Of a DNA stretch of 64,000 bases, positions 13,856 to 27,869 are shown in pieces (the first letter of the stretch is position 1; every line of letters starts with the position of its first letter). Source of the DNA: Octopus vulgaris (taxonomy: Eukaryota); contig OX597823.1 of the NCBI GenBank assembly GCA_951406725.2, forward strand, positions 105,834,001-105,898,000, written 5' to 3'. The position numbers and the translations under genes were made by a program. The notes beneath the pieces are model-generated. The model worked only from the letters and a program-made list of their open reading frames with translations, was not told where the DNA came from and did not search any database.

Positions 13856-14166
13856 GTATATATATAAACATGTATGTATACATAAATACATGTATACATA
13901 TACATTCACACAAACACACCTATATGTATACACACATATAGAATTATACAGACACGTACACACATATATATTCGTACGCAAATTCGTGTGCATATACATA
14001 CACTTATACACAAAAAAAGTGTGTTATATTTTACATATTTCATAACGCGCATATATGCAGAAACACAAAAATATGTATATATATACATATATATATACAT
14101 GTGTGTGTATATATATATATATATATATAATATGTGTATATATGTTTATATATACACACAAACACG

Positions 14167-14220
<54 letters not shown>

Positions 14221-14384
14221 TATACATATATACACACAGACATATATATATATATACATATATAAAATATATCCGTTCGTAAACGCATACAGATGCACAC
14301 ACTGTCAGTGTGAGTATGTACGTACGTATATGCTTGTTGACATGCTTATAAGAATGTGTGTGGCGTATGTTTGTTGTATATGCA

Positions 14385-14450
<66 letters not shown>

Positions 14451-14786
14451 TGTGTTTGTGTGTGTGTGTATGCGCTTGTTTTCAAATGATGTCTTATCAT
14501 GGTGCCATCTTTACTGCAGACTGTCGTTGTGTCGTTGAGTTACGCTAGCAAACCGGACCCTGCCTGGAATGCTGGTATGTAATTTTCCGTTCGCACTAAT
14601 CTATTGCAAAAGGATAAATAAGCTGCAAAAGAATAGAGTGCCTCTTTATTTGTTTGTTTATTCAATATATATACAGATATATGCAGATATGCATATGAGC
14701 ATATGCACATGCATATGTTATGTATATGTACATATATATATATATACATATATGTGTGTGTGTGTGTGTGTATATATGTATGAGTG

Positions 14787-14829
<43 letters not shown>

Positions 14830-14885
14830 TTATGTATATAAAGATGTATATACATACATACACACACATATATGTATATATATGT

Positions 14886-14930
<45 letters not shown>

Positions 14931-15081
14931 TGTATAAGTTTATATGATCATATATTCCATATACGCTCAAAGTTTTATTTATATATTTACTTATATATAT
15001 TTATGTGTGTGAGTGTATATGTAGATATATAAATATGAAATATATATATATATATATATATATTACATATATATGTATATT

Positions 15082-15123
<42 letters not shown>

Positions 15124-15141
15124 TATATATGTATATTTATG

Positions 15142-15180
<39 letters not shown>

Positions 15181-15260
15181 CATATACATCATTTCCATGC
15201 ATATACACTTATATACACATATAAACAGATACACATACGCACACATACGGATATACACAC
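11140..15260. repeat. Extended degenerate (TA)n/(CA)n/(TG)n microsatellite field with short unique islands
   Basis: Direct reading. Source of the YIYI/CVCV ORFs. Confidence 0.9.
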
Positions 15261-15597
15261 AAGCTCTTTCTCCCTCTCTCCCTCCCTCTCTTTCCCCTCC
15301 TCTCCCTCATACACATAAAACCAGTTTTTTTTCTGACATCTTTCTTCTTGCTCATCTATGTCGTCTGCTAATCTTTCTACAATTATTAATGGCAATCGAC
15401 AGCCGACTTAGCAGAGCGAATGGACAGTCATCAGAATGAGTGAAATGGCAAGGCAAAAACACAAGCTATATTGTGGCGTTAGTGATAATGTTAGCGGTGA
15501 CGGTGGCGATGTTGGCGTTGGCGATGCTGCCGACAGTGGTTCTGATGGCGTTGTACTCGATGAGGGCATTAGCTGTAATGAAAGTGATGGTATTATC

Positions 15598-15805
15598 ATT
15601 GTTTGCCCTGGTTAGCCCTTAATGTGCACGCCCATGATCAAAGACGCTCTAGCCGCGACCATCACGCCTTTTTCTATCTGTCAGGAATGCATTACCCAAA
15701 TTGTGTACAATTTGAGAGAGATTTGGTGTCGTGTTTGTACCAGGCCGAGCGAGAGACCCATTTCTTCAAGGAGGAGCCTCCACGTAGAGGCTCCTGCTTG
15801 GATGG
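15598..15805 (+). mobile_element. Diverged copy of interspersed repeat family C containing a local inverted duplication
   Basis: GTTTGCCCTGGTTAGCCCT..ATGATCAAAGAC..GACCATC...GAGATTTGG matches 42775-42900, 44088-44285 and 34713-34865. Confidence 0.55.
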
Positions 15806-16509
15806 TTTGTGATGTTATTAGTGCTGTTGTTATTAGTGATGGTGCTGCTGGTGGTAGTATTGGTGGTGGTGCTCTCAGTGGTGGTGAAAATGTTTGTTGT
15901 GGTAGTTGTGGTGACCGAGAAAGTGAGAAATTTTAGAAAGACTTTTGAACATAATGAGAGAGAGAGAGAGGTTGGGAGAGAAAGAGACAGACACAGACAG
16001 AGTGAGTGAGGGATGGTGAGAGAGAAAGAAGTGCAGAAGACAAAGGGAAATTGAAACGTATATAGAGACATGCAAAGAAAACATGAATTGAAGAATGAAA
16101 TTATAGAAAATAAATAGATAGGGAATGAATGAAAGAAACCCACGAAAGATGTCAGGAAACAAAATGGAAGAAAGAAGCGAAGAAATGGAGAACAGATAGA
16201 AAAGACGAAAGAGGTAAAAGAAAAAAAAGAGCAGAAAGGAGAGAATTGAAGGAAAGAAGGAAGGTAGGAAAGAAAGAAGGAAGGAAAAATGAAAGACAAC
16301 CGTTGGAAAGGAAGAAAATATGAGGGAGGATATTGAAGAGAGAATATGAAATGCGTGTGATCAGTTGTAGATTACAGAAAGTGAGTGTGAGTTTGGCTGG
16401 AGTGAGAGTATGAGATAACCGTACACACACACACACACACACACACACATGATTGTGTAAGTGTCTATGTATGTATGTATGTATGTATGTATATATGTAT
16501 GTATGTATG

Positions 16510-16543
<34 letters not shown>

Positions 16544-16574
16544 TGTATGTTCTTATGCATGTATCTATAATGTA

Positions 16575-16613
<39 letters not shown>

Positions 16614-17122
16614 CTGTTTATATATGTCTATGTGTGTATGAATTTCTTTGTGTGTATATTTAAACAGATATGCATATATGGATATATGAATATTTGCATA
16701 TATGTCGATCTAAGTATATAATTACGTATGCATGAATGTGTCTGTATGTACAGATGTAAGTATGTTTATGTATATATATATATATGTATGTATAGAGGTA
16801 TTGTGCTGAGAGGGGTAAGTGCTAGGTGGCAGAGGGATCAGCAAGTTGAAGGATGAATAAGAACTGTCAAAGAGAAGTTTCCAATAATAAAGAGTTTGTT
16901 GGGAAACAAGCAGTTGGAGGGTGGGTATGAGGTGTGAGGGAGGAATAAATATGGATAAAACAGGGATGGGTGAGAGGGGGAGAAACACTGAAAGATAGAG
17001 AGAGAAGGAGAAAGAAAGAATAATAAAGAGATGACGAGATACAAATAAACTAGAAAAAAACTATAGATAGAGGTGAAAAAAAATTAATTGGGATGTTCTT
17101 GTGTAAGCGTGTAGCTTTCTGA

Positions 17123-17264
<142 letters not shown>

Positions 17265-17455
17265 GTTTCCATATTTATCTGCCTGTATGAATATATATAT
17301 ATATATTATAAATGTTGTAAATAGTCTGTATATGGAAATAGTTCTGTAGGTATATATATATGATGAATAGCCAGGCAGACAGACAGATAAGTAATAGCCA
17401 GAAAGCTAGTTAATTAACCAGCTAGCAATCTCTATACATATATGTATATATGCAC

Positions 17456-17514
<59 letters not shown>

Positions 17515-18208
17515 GATATATGCATGTATGTATTTGTGTGTATATGTTGATAGATAGGCAGATAGATAAACAACAAAGGAAAAACTGTTCTCTCACTAAA
17601 ACGTTTAGATTTAGAGAGCAGAGGATGTAATGACACTGAGCTTACTCGCCTCTTCATATTTGGTAGATGTAACCTGAAGCGTCAACTTACATAATCTTCC
17701 AGTATTTTGTATTACAACAATAAAAAAATCAATAACGAAGAAATTAGTAACATATACTAGAGTTTTACTATCAGACATAAACCAAAGTGCACAGCTAGAA
17801 AATATTTACTAGTTCAAATATCCAGATGAGGGTACATTTTGGCAGTCGAATTAAAACCATTTAATAACTTTGTGTAACAACGAGAGGCTTAAACATTTAG
17901 AATGTTGATATTACTAATGTATAATATTCTGCAAACACGCGAAAGACATTACGCATGTAGATAACAGAGAAACTGTATACAAATAAGTCATGGACCGGCG
18001 GTATGATTCGCTGCCGATTAGCTTCCGGTACGTGATGTTGATAAGCGACAATGGCAAAACATTGATGTCCATCACTACTGAGTGCGATCTTGGGGGAGTT
18101 CTCTGGCCTGTCCATGACTACCTGGTGTTTTAACACCTGACGAATTGTCAAATTGCACCCTACCAGCAAATACATGGTGCGTATTCGTTAAGTATAAGTG
18201 GTCTATAA

Positions 18209-18250
<42 letters not shown>

Positions 18251-18904
18251 ACCAGATACATAAATAAACAGAGAGACAGAGGGATTGATAGATAGATGGA
18301 TGGAAAAAACTTCAAATTACTGAGTTTTCCATTCAGTTTCAATATAAAAGCTTCCTACACATATGTCTGAAAAGATAAAAACGAGGAACTTAAGAGATAA
18401 TTCGTTTAAAAATCAACTGCAAGTTTTAGAAACTAGAGAAGATTCAGGTGGAAATATATTTCGATTTTTACGCTAAGTGGTAGAAGTAACGGACATGTTT
18501 GAGTCTTATTATTATACAACAGAGTATATTTCACATAAATGTATATAGATATAGGAAGAGTAGCGACGTTGATTATGACTATGATCGATATTGGGGAGAA
18601 AAAAGTACGAGATCATTAGAAGTTCCATTTATAAGATAAGAAGTTGAAAAATGTCCTTCTCGGCTTGTTTAACAAATAAAAAAAGATACAAAATGGGAGA
18701 TAATGCCAATAAAATCAATTAATTGAAATTATGGAGATTATAAACTATGTAGCCCTTGACTTTAAAGACGTTTTAATTATATAAAACTCCTTCATTCTTG
18801 CATACTTAAATGATACATAAATGGGTGCATACATACACACACTCACATATATATATACTTATATACATACACACACACACAAAAAAAAAATCACATACAT
18901 ACAT

Positions 18905-19076
18905 ATATAGAGACAATTCAAATAAACGGAAAATAAAATTAATAAGATTGCAAGAGGGCGTGCACGAGAAATGTATTAGTTTGACACTTAGTAAAAAGAG
19001 AGAGCTTTTGGCGTTTCCAGCATAGCTCCTCGTCCGAAAGGAGAAAGGGAAATGCTGAAGCTACATTACTGAAGTG

Positions 19077-19078
<2 letters not shown>
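18905..19078 (-). mobile_element. Diverged HHR-bearing element next to (TA)n
   Basis: Minus 19005-19040 reads CTTT CGGACGA G GAGC tat GCTG GAAACGCC AAAAG. Shares ATGTATTAGTTT.AC.CT with 10485-10501. Confidence 0.5.
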
Positions 19079-19158
<80 letters not shown>

Positions 19159-19297
19159 TAGATAGATAGAAGAGAGATAGATAGATAGATAGATAGATAG
19201 ATATATAGATAGATAGATAGATATAAGGATAAGATCGTTAATTTAAATATCGATCTTATCAAGTGACCAACATGGGAATAAAAACCTTCAAAGGTAA

Positions 19298-19480
19298 TAA
19301 TTATTATTAAAATTATAATTCAGGGTATCTAAGAGATACCACCACAATAAAAAAAACACACACAATAAAAACCACAATAAAATGTTCACTTTAATGTGGT
19401 TTTAGAGTCAGGTTTTGACTGCTATTTTCAGCATGCTGGTATCTCTTAGATACCCTAAATTATAATTTTGATAATAATTA
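19298..19480. mobile_element. Fold-back/MITE-like element with ~44-bp inverted arms ending in (TA)n
   Basis: 19298-19341 versus 19437-19480. Confidence 0.7.
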
Positions 19481-19554
19481 TATATATATATATGCGTGTG
19501 TGTGTGTGCACGCTCTGAAGCAGAAAAGAATTAGACTGGATAATAATTGCTTCT

Positions 19555-19982
19555 AATTTTAACCCAAGGCCACCAGGTTTGAGAGGAAGAAGTTAATAGA
19601 TACTATCGACCCTAGTACTTGACATATACTGTATTTCATCTACCCTGAAAAGTTGATAAGCAAATTTGACTTTGGTGAGATACGAAATCAGAACGCAATG
19701 ATGCAGTTTACTACCGCAAGGCGGTTTGTTAGATTCTTTAACGATTCTCCACCCAGCCGTTCTGTAATTGCTGCTATTGCACAAAGACAGCAACTTTGAA
19801 AGGAAGTGAAAGGCAATTTCATCGACGCCAGTACTAGACTAGTATTCATTTCTATCAGCCCCTGAAGGGTAAAAGACAAAGTTGACCTCGGCGAGATTTG
19901 AAGTCTGAATATAAAAAGTCAGAAGAAATTCAGCAAGAATTTTTTTTTCCGACGCGCTAACGATTTTGTCAGCTCGCCATCT
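19555..19982 (-). mobile_element. Two diverged SINE family A copies in tandem
   Basis: Core remnants AAATTTGACTTTGG and AAAGACAAAGTTGACCTCGGCG. Head remnant GCTAACGATTTTGTCAGCTCGCC. Confidence 0.65.
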
Positions 19983-20037
19983 TAATGAGACTAAGTAACG
20001 GGCAAGGAGCAATTTCTTTTTTATCCTGTCCAGTTTT

Positions 20038-20083
<46 letters not shown>

Positions 20084-20618
20084 TATGCCATAGAGTAACC
20101 TCTTTGAAATGGAAACGAGGCGAGCCACATGTAATTAATGGCATCTCACACAACTACAAAAACAAGCAAAAAATGCAAAGACAATTATGACGAACGTCTT
20201 TCCTCACAAGTTTGCAGGATCTGAGTTTCCCTGAGGTTAAATAAAACATCACATACCAAGGAAGAAATCAAAGCAATAACGGAGCTCAGTATTTGACCGA
20301 TAGTATTTCTGTATTTCGGTATACTACCGCATCTTCATTTTTGCTGAAGAGTTAACATAAGATCGAAACATTGTCCCAAGTTATTCTTGTTTGTCGAAAA
20401 CAAAACAAAAATATAATTCGTAAACAAATCATATAATTTTAATATTTTTATTTATTTCGTTATTTTTATTTTTATCGTAGATTTGTGATCATTACGTTGA
20501 CTTTTTAATGCTTGTGTTTTTTTAGCATTAACTATATTTTCAACCACTTAACTCGATAATGGATAGAATACATCTACTACACACACACACGTATATATAT
20601 ATATACATATACATATAC

Positions 20619-20673
<55 letters not shown>

Positions 20674-20718
20674 TATATAAATATATATATATATTTCTAT
20701 TTATATATATATATACAC

Positions 20719-20783
<65 letters not shown>

Positions 20784-20835
20784 AATATATATATATTTAT
20801 ATTTATATATATATACATATATATATACATATATG

Positions 20836-20898
<63 letters not shown>

Positions 20899-21740
20899 GT
20901 ACGTACACATAGGGAGAGAGAGAGAAGAGAAAAGGGGATATTATATATAGAAGAGATGACTATTATAAAGTAGTCACAAAAGGAATAAAAATGAATAAAA
21001 TACAAATACGTATTAAAGGGTAATGAGTGAGTGATTACCAGAAGAAGGGAACAAGAACAGGAACACAAGAAGATAGACTAAAAAATAATAGAGACACGTA
21101 GAAAAAGAAAGAGGGTAGACAAATATAAACAAGTGAAATGGTAGATATAAAAAGAAAAACTGATACGGAATAGGAAATGAAAGAGGTACTCCCGAAAAAA
21201 GCACTAAAGTATCAGTGAAGTGAAGGAAAAAATGACATTTTATTGTCAATACCTTTTAAGACTTGACAGAAGAGAAGTTAAACTATTATAAAAGCTATCA
21301 AAGGCTAACAATGACTCAAAGGTTTCTGATTAAAGGTACAAAAAAAATATCATCATCATCATCATCATCATCAATAACAAGAACAGCAAACACAACACCA
21401 ACACCAACGACAGAAAGCATGATTGCGGCTGCGCTGTATTAATAATACATAATCTATAAGACAAAGAGAGGCTAAAAAAGTGAGACTGGGAACAGTTGTT
21501 GAATCTGCAGTTATCACTTAAGACATTGGATAACATTATATCTCTAGCTGTCCTCATCACAAGTGATCCCGAGGGTAGCAGATAGCCAATACTTGGAGAT
21601 ATACTGCTAACATTTTGAATAATTCATCTATTTATTGTTTATATTTTTTAGACAGAGGTAACGTTAGTTCCCATGATCTTCCATAGACTCTCCGAAACTA
21701 GTAGGAAGCAGCAAGGATGGTATCATAGGATACCATCTTA

Positions 21741-21960
21741 GAAAGGCGGCGAGCTGGCAGAAACGTTAGCACGCCGGACGAAATGCTTAGCGGTATTTCG
21801 TCTGCCACTACGTTCTGAGTTCAAATTCCGCCGAGGTCGACTTTGCCTTTCATCCTTTCGGGATCGATTAAATAAGTACCAGTTACGCTCTGGGGTCGAT
21901 ATAATCGACTTAATCATTTGTCTGTCCTTGTTTGTCCACTGTGGGTAGTAAAGAAATAGG
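21741..21960 (+). mobile_element. SINE family A, full-length young copy (tRNA-like head, conserved core, Tx1-like tail)
   Basis: GGCGGCGAGCTGGCAGAAACGTTAGC..GAGTTCAAATTCC (B box), GAGGTCGACTTTGCCTTTCATCCTTTCGGG, ..GTGGGTAGTAAAGAAATAG. Confidence 0.92.
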
Positions 21961-22773
21961 ATACCTCTCCGTATGCTTACAACAGAGTAAACTCGGCTAA
22001 AGTCACCTAAATTGCCATGTAGTGGTATTAGACCAGGTAACAAATCGAGTCTACCACTCATATTGGCATGCTGGAATTTGAGCTCAGAGCGTTGACTGTC
22101 AAATCGAATATCGTGAGATATTCTATCCAATTCGTCACGTATATTTGTGGCTTTGCTCTAAAAAATCTGTCGAATCTTCCGATTCACCCTTTAAGTATGC
22201 CATGTCGCTCTAACAACTGTTCCACTAAAATGCAAGATCCAAATTTACCAAATACTGATGCGACCGAGATGTAGTTCAAGTCGATGAGCCATTGCGTCTG
22301 ACACACGAGACCCTACTTGTCACCGTTAGCAGGTTCCGGCTCTTTAATATGCCATCATGTCAAAGCCGGGGGCAGGTGATGGAATTCGAACTTATAATGT
22401 ATAGAGCCGGAATAGAAACGACAATGCATCTCGTTCGTCACCCTAAAAATTTCGCCAACCTACCATCCCGGGTTGGTAATTTATTTATCGATCCCGAAAA
22501 GATGAAAGAAATCTTGACCGGGTGGGGTTTGAACCCACAGTTCAGATAAATGTAATGAATAATTTCTAACAAATCCACAAAGTAGGGGATGTGAACCCCC
22601 AGCACTTCAATTGTACATAACACTTTTATACACCAAGAAAAGATGAAAAGCAAAGATTGTGTCTGAGAGCAGACACAATAAACCGTGAAATATTCTGAAT
22701 CTTTAATTCAGCCATCCACCTTCTGTGCCCATTATTCCTCCTCCTCCTCCTCCTCCTCCTCCTCCTCCTCCTC

Positions 22774-22817
<44 letters not shown>

Positions 22818-22883
22818 GCTGCTGCTACTGCTGCTGCTGCTGTTACTATCAGTACCAGCAAAAATAATGATGATGATGATGAT

Positions 22884-23110
22884 GGGGTCCTATCAGAAGC
22901 AACCGTCATTAGACTTTCTGGCTGGATTCCCAAGCGTGAACGTCCGATACTATGGATGTTATCCACCTATCTCGTCCTTTGTCTGCTGCTAAATCTGTGC
23001 CGGTTGGCTCAACTTGAAGAGTTCGCTTTGCGATTCTTTCCTGCAACACGCTAATCACAGGTTCGTAGTACCAGGGCTGTTGATCGCTCATTGTGAACTA
23101 ACCTGGCATA
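22884..23110 (-). mobile_element. RTE-clade LINE 3' fragment
   Basis: Minus strand encodes RQRTR..DNIHSIGRSRLGIQPESLMTVASDR and runs into a (TCA)n tail. Confidence 0.55.
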
Positions 23111-23590
23111 AAAAAGCAATGCTGGACCATTAAATTACTGGTAGAGTTCATCTAATAGGTTTTCCCGAAGTTTCACTCAATGTCACCAAACTGGCCTTCA
23201 GGGAACCCCGAGGATATACAGGCATCACGTCACGTGAGATACGGTGGGGTTGCGCTCATGAAAATCTTGTAATGTTGGGTTCGGTAAAAGGAAACGCAAA
23301 TTCTCATTCATTTACATGTACATTGACTTCCATATAACATCAATGGTATGATAGTTTTTGTGTTACGATGCACCACGTCACAGATGAGATTTCCGGGAGC
23401 GCAACTCTACCGTAAAGTGGAAGTGCCTGTCGTGAAATACACTTTACCTAAGATTTAACGCACGGCACTTAAGCCTTGAACAGCTTAACTGCGAATTTCT
23501 TAATTAACCATCGCAACTACTACTACTACTACTACTACTACTAATACTACTACTACTACTACTGCTGCTGCTGTTGTTGTTGTTGTTATT

Positions 23591-23783
23591 AAGCAACAAG
23601 ACGGGTAAGGGTGATTAGGTGATGGTCTAGGGCTTAGGGGCAGGAGACCCCAGACCTTGAGAAAAAGAAATTTGGTCGTCTTGTTGTAGTTGAGGGCTCT
23701 TCGTTGAACCCCGACACCACTGGGAGGTGGCCCTCGAAGTCGCTGGACATGGAGATCTCCAGGTCCAAATTCTTGAACGGCTC
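23591..23783 (-). other. ~190-nt GC-rich, highly structured insertion in a (CTG)/(GTT) tract
   Basis: Flanked by CTGCTGCTGCTGTT at 23562 and 23784. Internal pairings GAGGGC/GCCCTC, CACC/GGTG, GGAC.TGGA/TCCA.GTCC and CAACAAGACG/CGTCTTGTTG. Confidence 0.5.
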
Positions 23784-24352
23784 CTGCTGCTGCTGTTATT
23801 ATCAGTACCAGCAAAAATAATGATGATGATAATGATGATGAATGATGATGATGATGACGACGATGATGATGATGATGATGATGATGATGATATTTATAAG
23901 AGTTGAGGAAAATCTATGAAGAAAATCTATCACAAGGTGTAAATATAAGATTGTGCATCGTTGGCTGAAGCCGCACCCACGTCCAGCCAGTCTATGGCGA
24001 CTGGTGGCGGTGATGGTGGTCTGCTAAGCGAAAAGTGAGGATTTCGAACTAGTTGGGATATATAAATCTTTGGTCTATTCAGGTTCCACTTAACCTCAAA
24101 CCGGATTGTAAATATCTAAGTAGATATAGGACATCGAGTAATTTGTGGCGTAGTATCGACAATAAGTGCGTGAGAAATATACATTGTACATCTTAGAGTT
24201 TATAATTAATTCTATATCAAATGAGATATTTAGTTACGTTCTAAACTGAATCGAGGCCATACATACGTATATAGTTATATACGTTTATGCACATTTTGCG
24301 TGAATATATATGTGCATCTGTGTGTGTGGGTGTATGTGTGTGCGTGCGAGCG

Positions 24353-24404
<52 letters not shown>

Positions 24405-24447
24405 CACCCCGAATTTATATATATATATGTGTACGCATATATATGCA

Positions 24448-24504
<57 letters not shown>

Positions 24505-24795
24505 CATATATTCACATACACACACACATATATATATATATATATATGTGTGTGTGTATCACACACAAATGCACACAGGCACACGATCAGACACATACAC
24601 AGACACGGACACTTTAATATTTGCATACATATGCATACAAATATTAATATAGAGGGTTTAATTATTGAAAAAAAAAAAAAAGAAACAAGGACGAATTTAA
24701 TAAAGAATTCAATACGTGAAATAAAATTTAAAATAACTGTTTATATTAATTAGATTGATTAAAAAGACAACTATACCGAAACTTCAAAGCGACAG

Positions 24796-24841
<46 letters not shown>

Positions 24842-25034
24842 ACGCACACACAAACTGTGATCGTAGCGTTTAGGTTTCGTGAAAGAAGGCTTCTTTAACA
24901 GTTTAATGAAAATAAACTATCAACTTCATGTGTTCAGTTCTTTATCCAATTAATGCTATTATTGATTTTATATAATTAAAACATCCACATTAATGTCTGT
25001 TGTCTGCATATATATGTATATATATATATATTAT

Positions 25035-25460
25035 TTTTATTTGATCAATCATTAGACTGCGGCCATGCTGTAGCAAAGCCTTGCTGAATTTCTTGTCGAA
25101 TTAACCGTGCCCTGTATTTATGTCTTCGTTCAGCGTGGTACTTATTCTATTGGTCAGTTTTGCCGAACCGCTAAGTTACGGTGACGTAAAGGCACCAAAA
25201 CACGTTGTCAAGCGGTGGTGGAGGACAAACACAAACATTCAGACACGCACGCGCACACACAAACACACACACGAACACACACATCCAACCATACACACAC
25301 ACACACGAAGGGCTTCATTCAATTTTCATCCATCACATCACAAGGCTTTGGTGGGCCAGAGGCTACAGTAGAAGACACTTACCCAAAGTGCCAACAGTCG
25401 GACTGGACCCGAGACCATGCGGTTGGGAAGTTAGCTTCTTACCACAGCCATGTCTGCGCC
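25035..25460 (-). mobile_element. SINE family B, full copy with central (CA)n
   Basis: Both halves are present and joined by the microsatellite. Confidence 0.8.
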
Positions 25461-25580
25461 TAACCATGCCTGCGCCTAACCACGCCTCCGGCCAACGAGT
25501 CTGACGAGTCAACTATACTGCGCTAAGAATTTCCTTGATTGCATGCTGATCACTCCCTCAACGGCCATAAATAACAACCT

Positions 25581-25626
<46 letters not shown>

Positions 25627-25796
25627 CCATTGGCTACTGAGTTATTTAAATCATATTCGTTAATATATATATATAAATATGATTATATATATATATATAA
25701 TCCTATTCGTCGATATATATATATATATTAATAACTAAAACATATGCATATATATAAACATATATGTACGTACCTACCTCTACATGTATATATACA

Positions 25797-25948
25797 CGCA
25801 TATATGAGTACAGAACACCAAAAAGTCGTCGAAAACAATGAGAAACGAAAACATAGACACAAACCCAAGGAACTGGACATTTTTTTTAAACAACAAAAAA
25901 TTGAGTACAGGACAATTAACACAAAGAAAAAACCCTTCTTCAGTCGCC

Positions 25949-25985
<37 letters not shown>

Positions 25986-26460
25986 TATATGGATACAGGA
26001 CGTTCACCAACAGAAAACAACATGAAATACAAAAACAAATGAGTTAAATACGCAAACAACGAGAAAAGAAAATGAAAAAACAGGACAAGTAACACAAAGA
26101 ACGACCCTTCATCAGTTGATGGCTGTTTATCTACTCTTCATTTCGAGTATTGAACGACAATACGCGTCCTAGAAGACAGTTCCTCCTATAAATACCAAAA
26201 TAAGATTTTGGATTTTTGGAGGGTCAAAGTGGGGAACAAAAACAGGACAGTGGAGACATACAGGGAAACTGAACGAAAACAAACATGGAGGGTCGTTAGA
26301 CCAGAATGAGGGTAAAATAGCGAACGCTGGATAAATATTTTCTTTGAAAAGAGAAAAGACAGAAGCGAGAGATAGAAGACGTCCAGTCACCAGGACGTCC
26401 TGAAAGATAAGAAGGTCACATGAGGAAAAGAAAGATGGGCGATGGTCACGTGTGAGCAAC
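25797..26460 (-). mobile_element. Two related (TA)n-embedded elements in tandem, homologous to the arms at 46531-47189
   Basis: Both begin CATATATG..TACAG.AC and share CAGGACAA.TAACACAAAGAA..ACCCTTC.TCAGT. 26170-26330 aligns with 46590-46730. Confidence 0.65.
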
Positions 26461-26622
26461 GAGAGGGGGAGAAAGAGAAAAGTGGGAAAGAGGGACGGAT
26501 AGAAAATGGTGAAGGCGAGAAAAGTGAATTAGAGAAGGATGTGGGGAAAACAATATAGAGTAGAATCGCATCAAAAAGCTTCAGATAAACTTACTTGGAA
26601 ATGGCTGCGTGGCGTTCAATCA

Positions 26623-26750
<128 letters not shown>

Positions 26751-27686
26751 ATATGCATATATGGGTTGGTTTCTTTTGTGAACGACAAATGAGAGTTCAG
26801 TAAAATAAAGCATTGATCATTATATATAAGAAATATTTGAGATGCGGTTAGGTACCTAAGTTGAAGCACTGAGACCAGTATTATTCGGACAGCCTGAAGT
26901 AAAGTAAATAAAATCAAAATAAGCAACAGGATATCAAGTAGTAATACGGTATGATTGTTTCAAGCGGCTCTATTTAATTGAATAATGCAATCCTTACATC
27001 AATTTAAATGCAGTGCCATCTTCAGCTGAACAAATAAATAAATGGAATTTTAACAAGGAGGACATATTAATATGATTTTTCTTAAATATTTTAACACAGC
27101 AAAAAGATGGAAAAAATTCATGTTGTATCTAAGAATAGACTACAGCTTCTAAGAATTGTATGGAGCTTAGTGGGATCATAGTGCATAGTCGGATCATAGA
27201 GCCTAGAAGGGACATATTAATTTTAAAATTAATAGATAGCATGCATATCTTTCCAGTTATTCCTTGAGCAGTCTTTATAGAAACCACCTAATAAGTAATT
27301 AATTAAGTAGATGAATGGATATTAAACTGATTCTATGTGATCTTCCTTTGTAATGTTTATAATTGATATATTCCCACCTTTTACCCATCTTGGTTATGAT
27401 ATTATTCTTGAAATTCTTAAATTTTGATTTTATACAATATAACAATATTGTTTATAAACATTCCCTCATAGTGCCCCTCAATAAATTTTCCTCTGTATTA
27501 ACATTTTAGGTTTCTTAACGTCTTGTCCCTTTAACTTGTAATTAACATCAGGATTTAATGCCTACCTAAGCCTAGGTGCAATGTAGGCCTGCCTGCCACA
27601 GTGCGAGGAAGCGTATTGTGACTAGTGGCGTATAACGAAATTCAATATGTAAAATATAAACAAACCTATATATTCATACATATGTC

Positions 27687-27726
<40 letters not shown>

Positions 27727-27825
27727 CTATATATATATACAACGGGCTTCTTTCAGTTTTCGTCTACCAAATCCACTCACAAGGCATTGAGCGGCACGAG
27801 TCTGTAGTAGAACACACTTGCCCAT

Positions 27826-27869
<44 letters not shown>

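Noticed and set aside
15758-15805. ~20-bp hairpin resembling a pre-miRNA or terminator
   Set aside because: It lies in a family C repeat and is explained by a local inverted duplication; short for a pre-miRNA.
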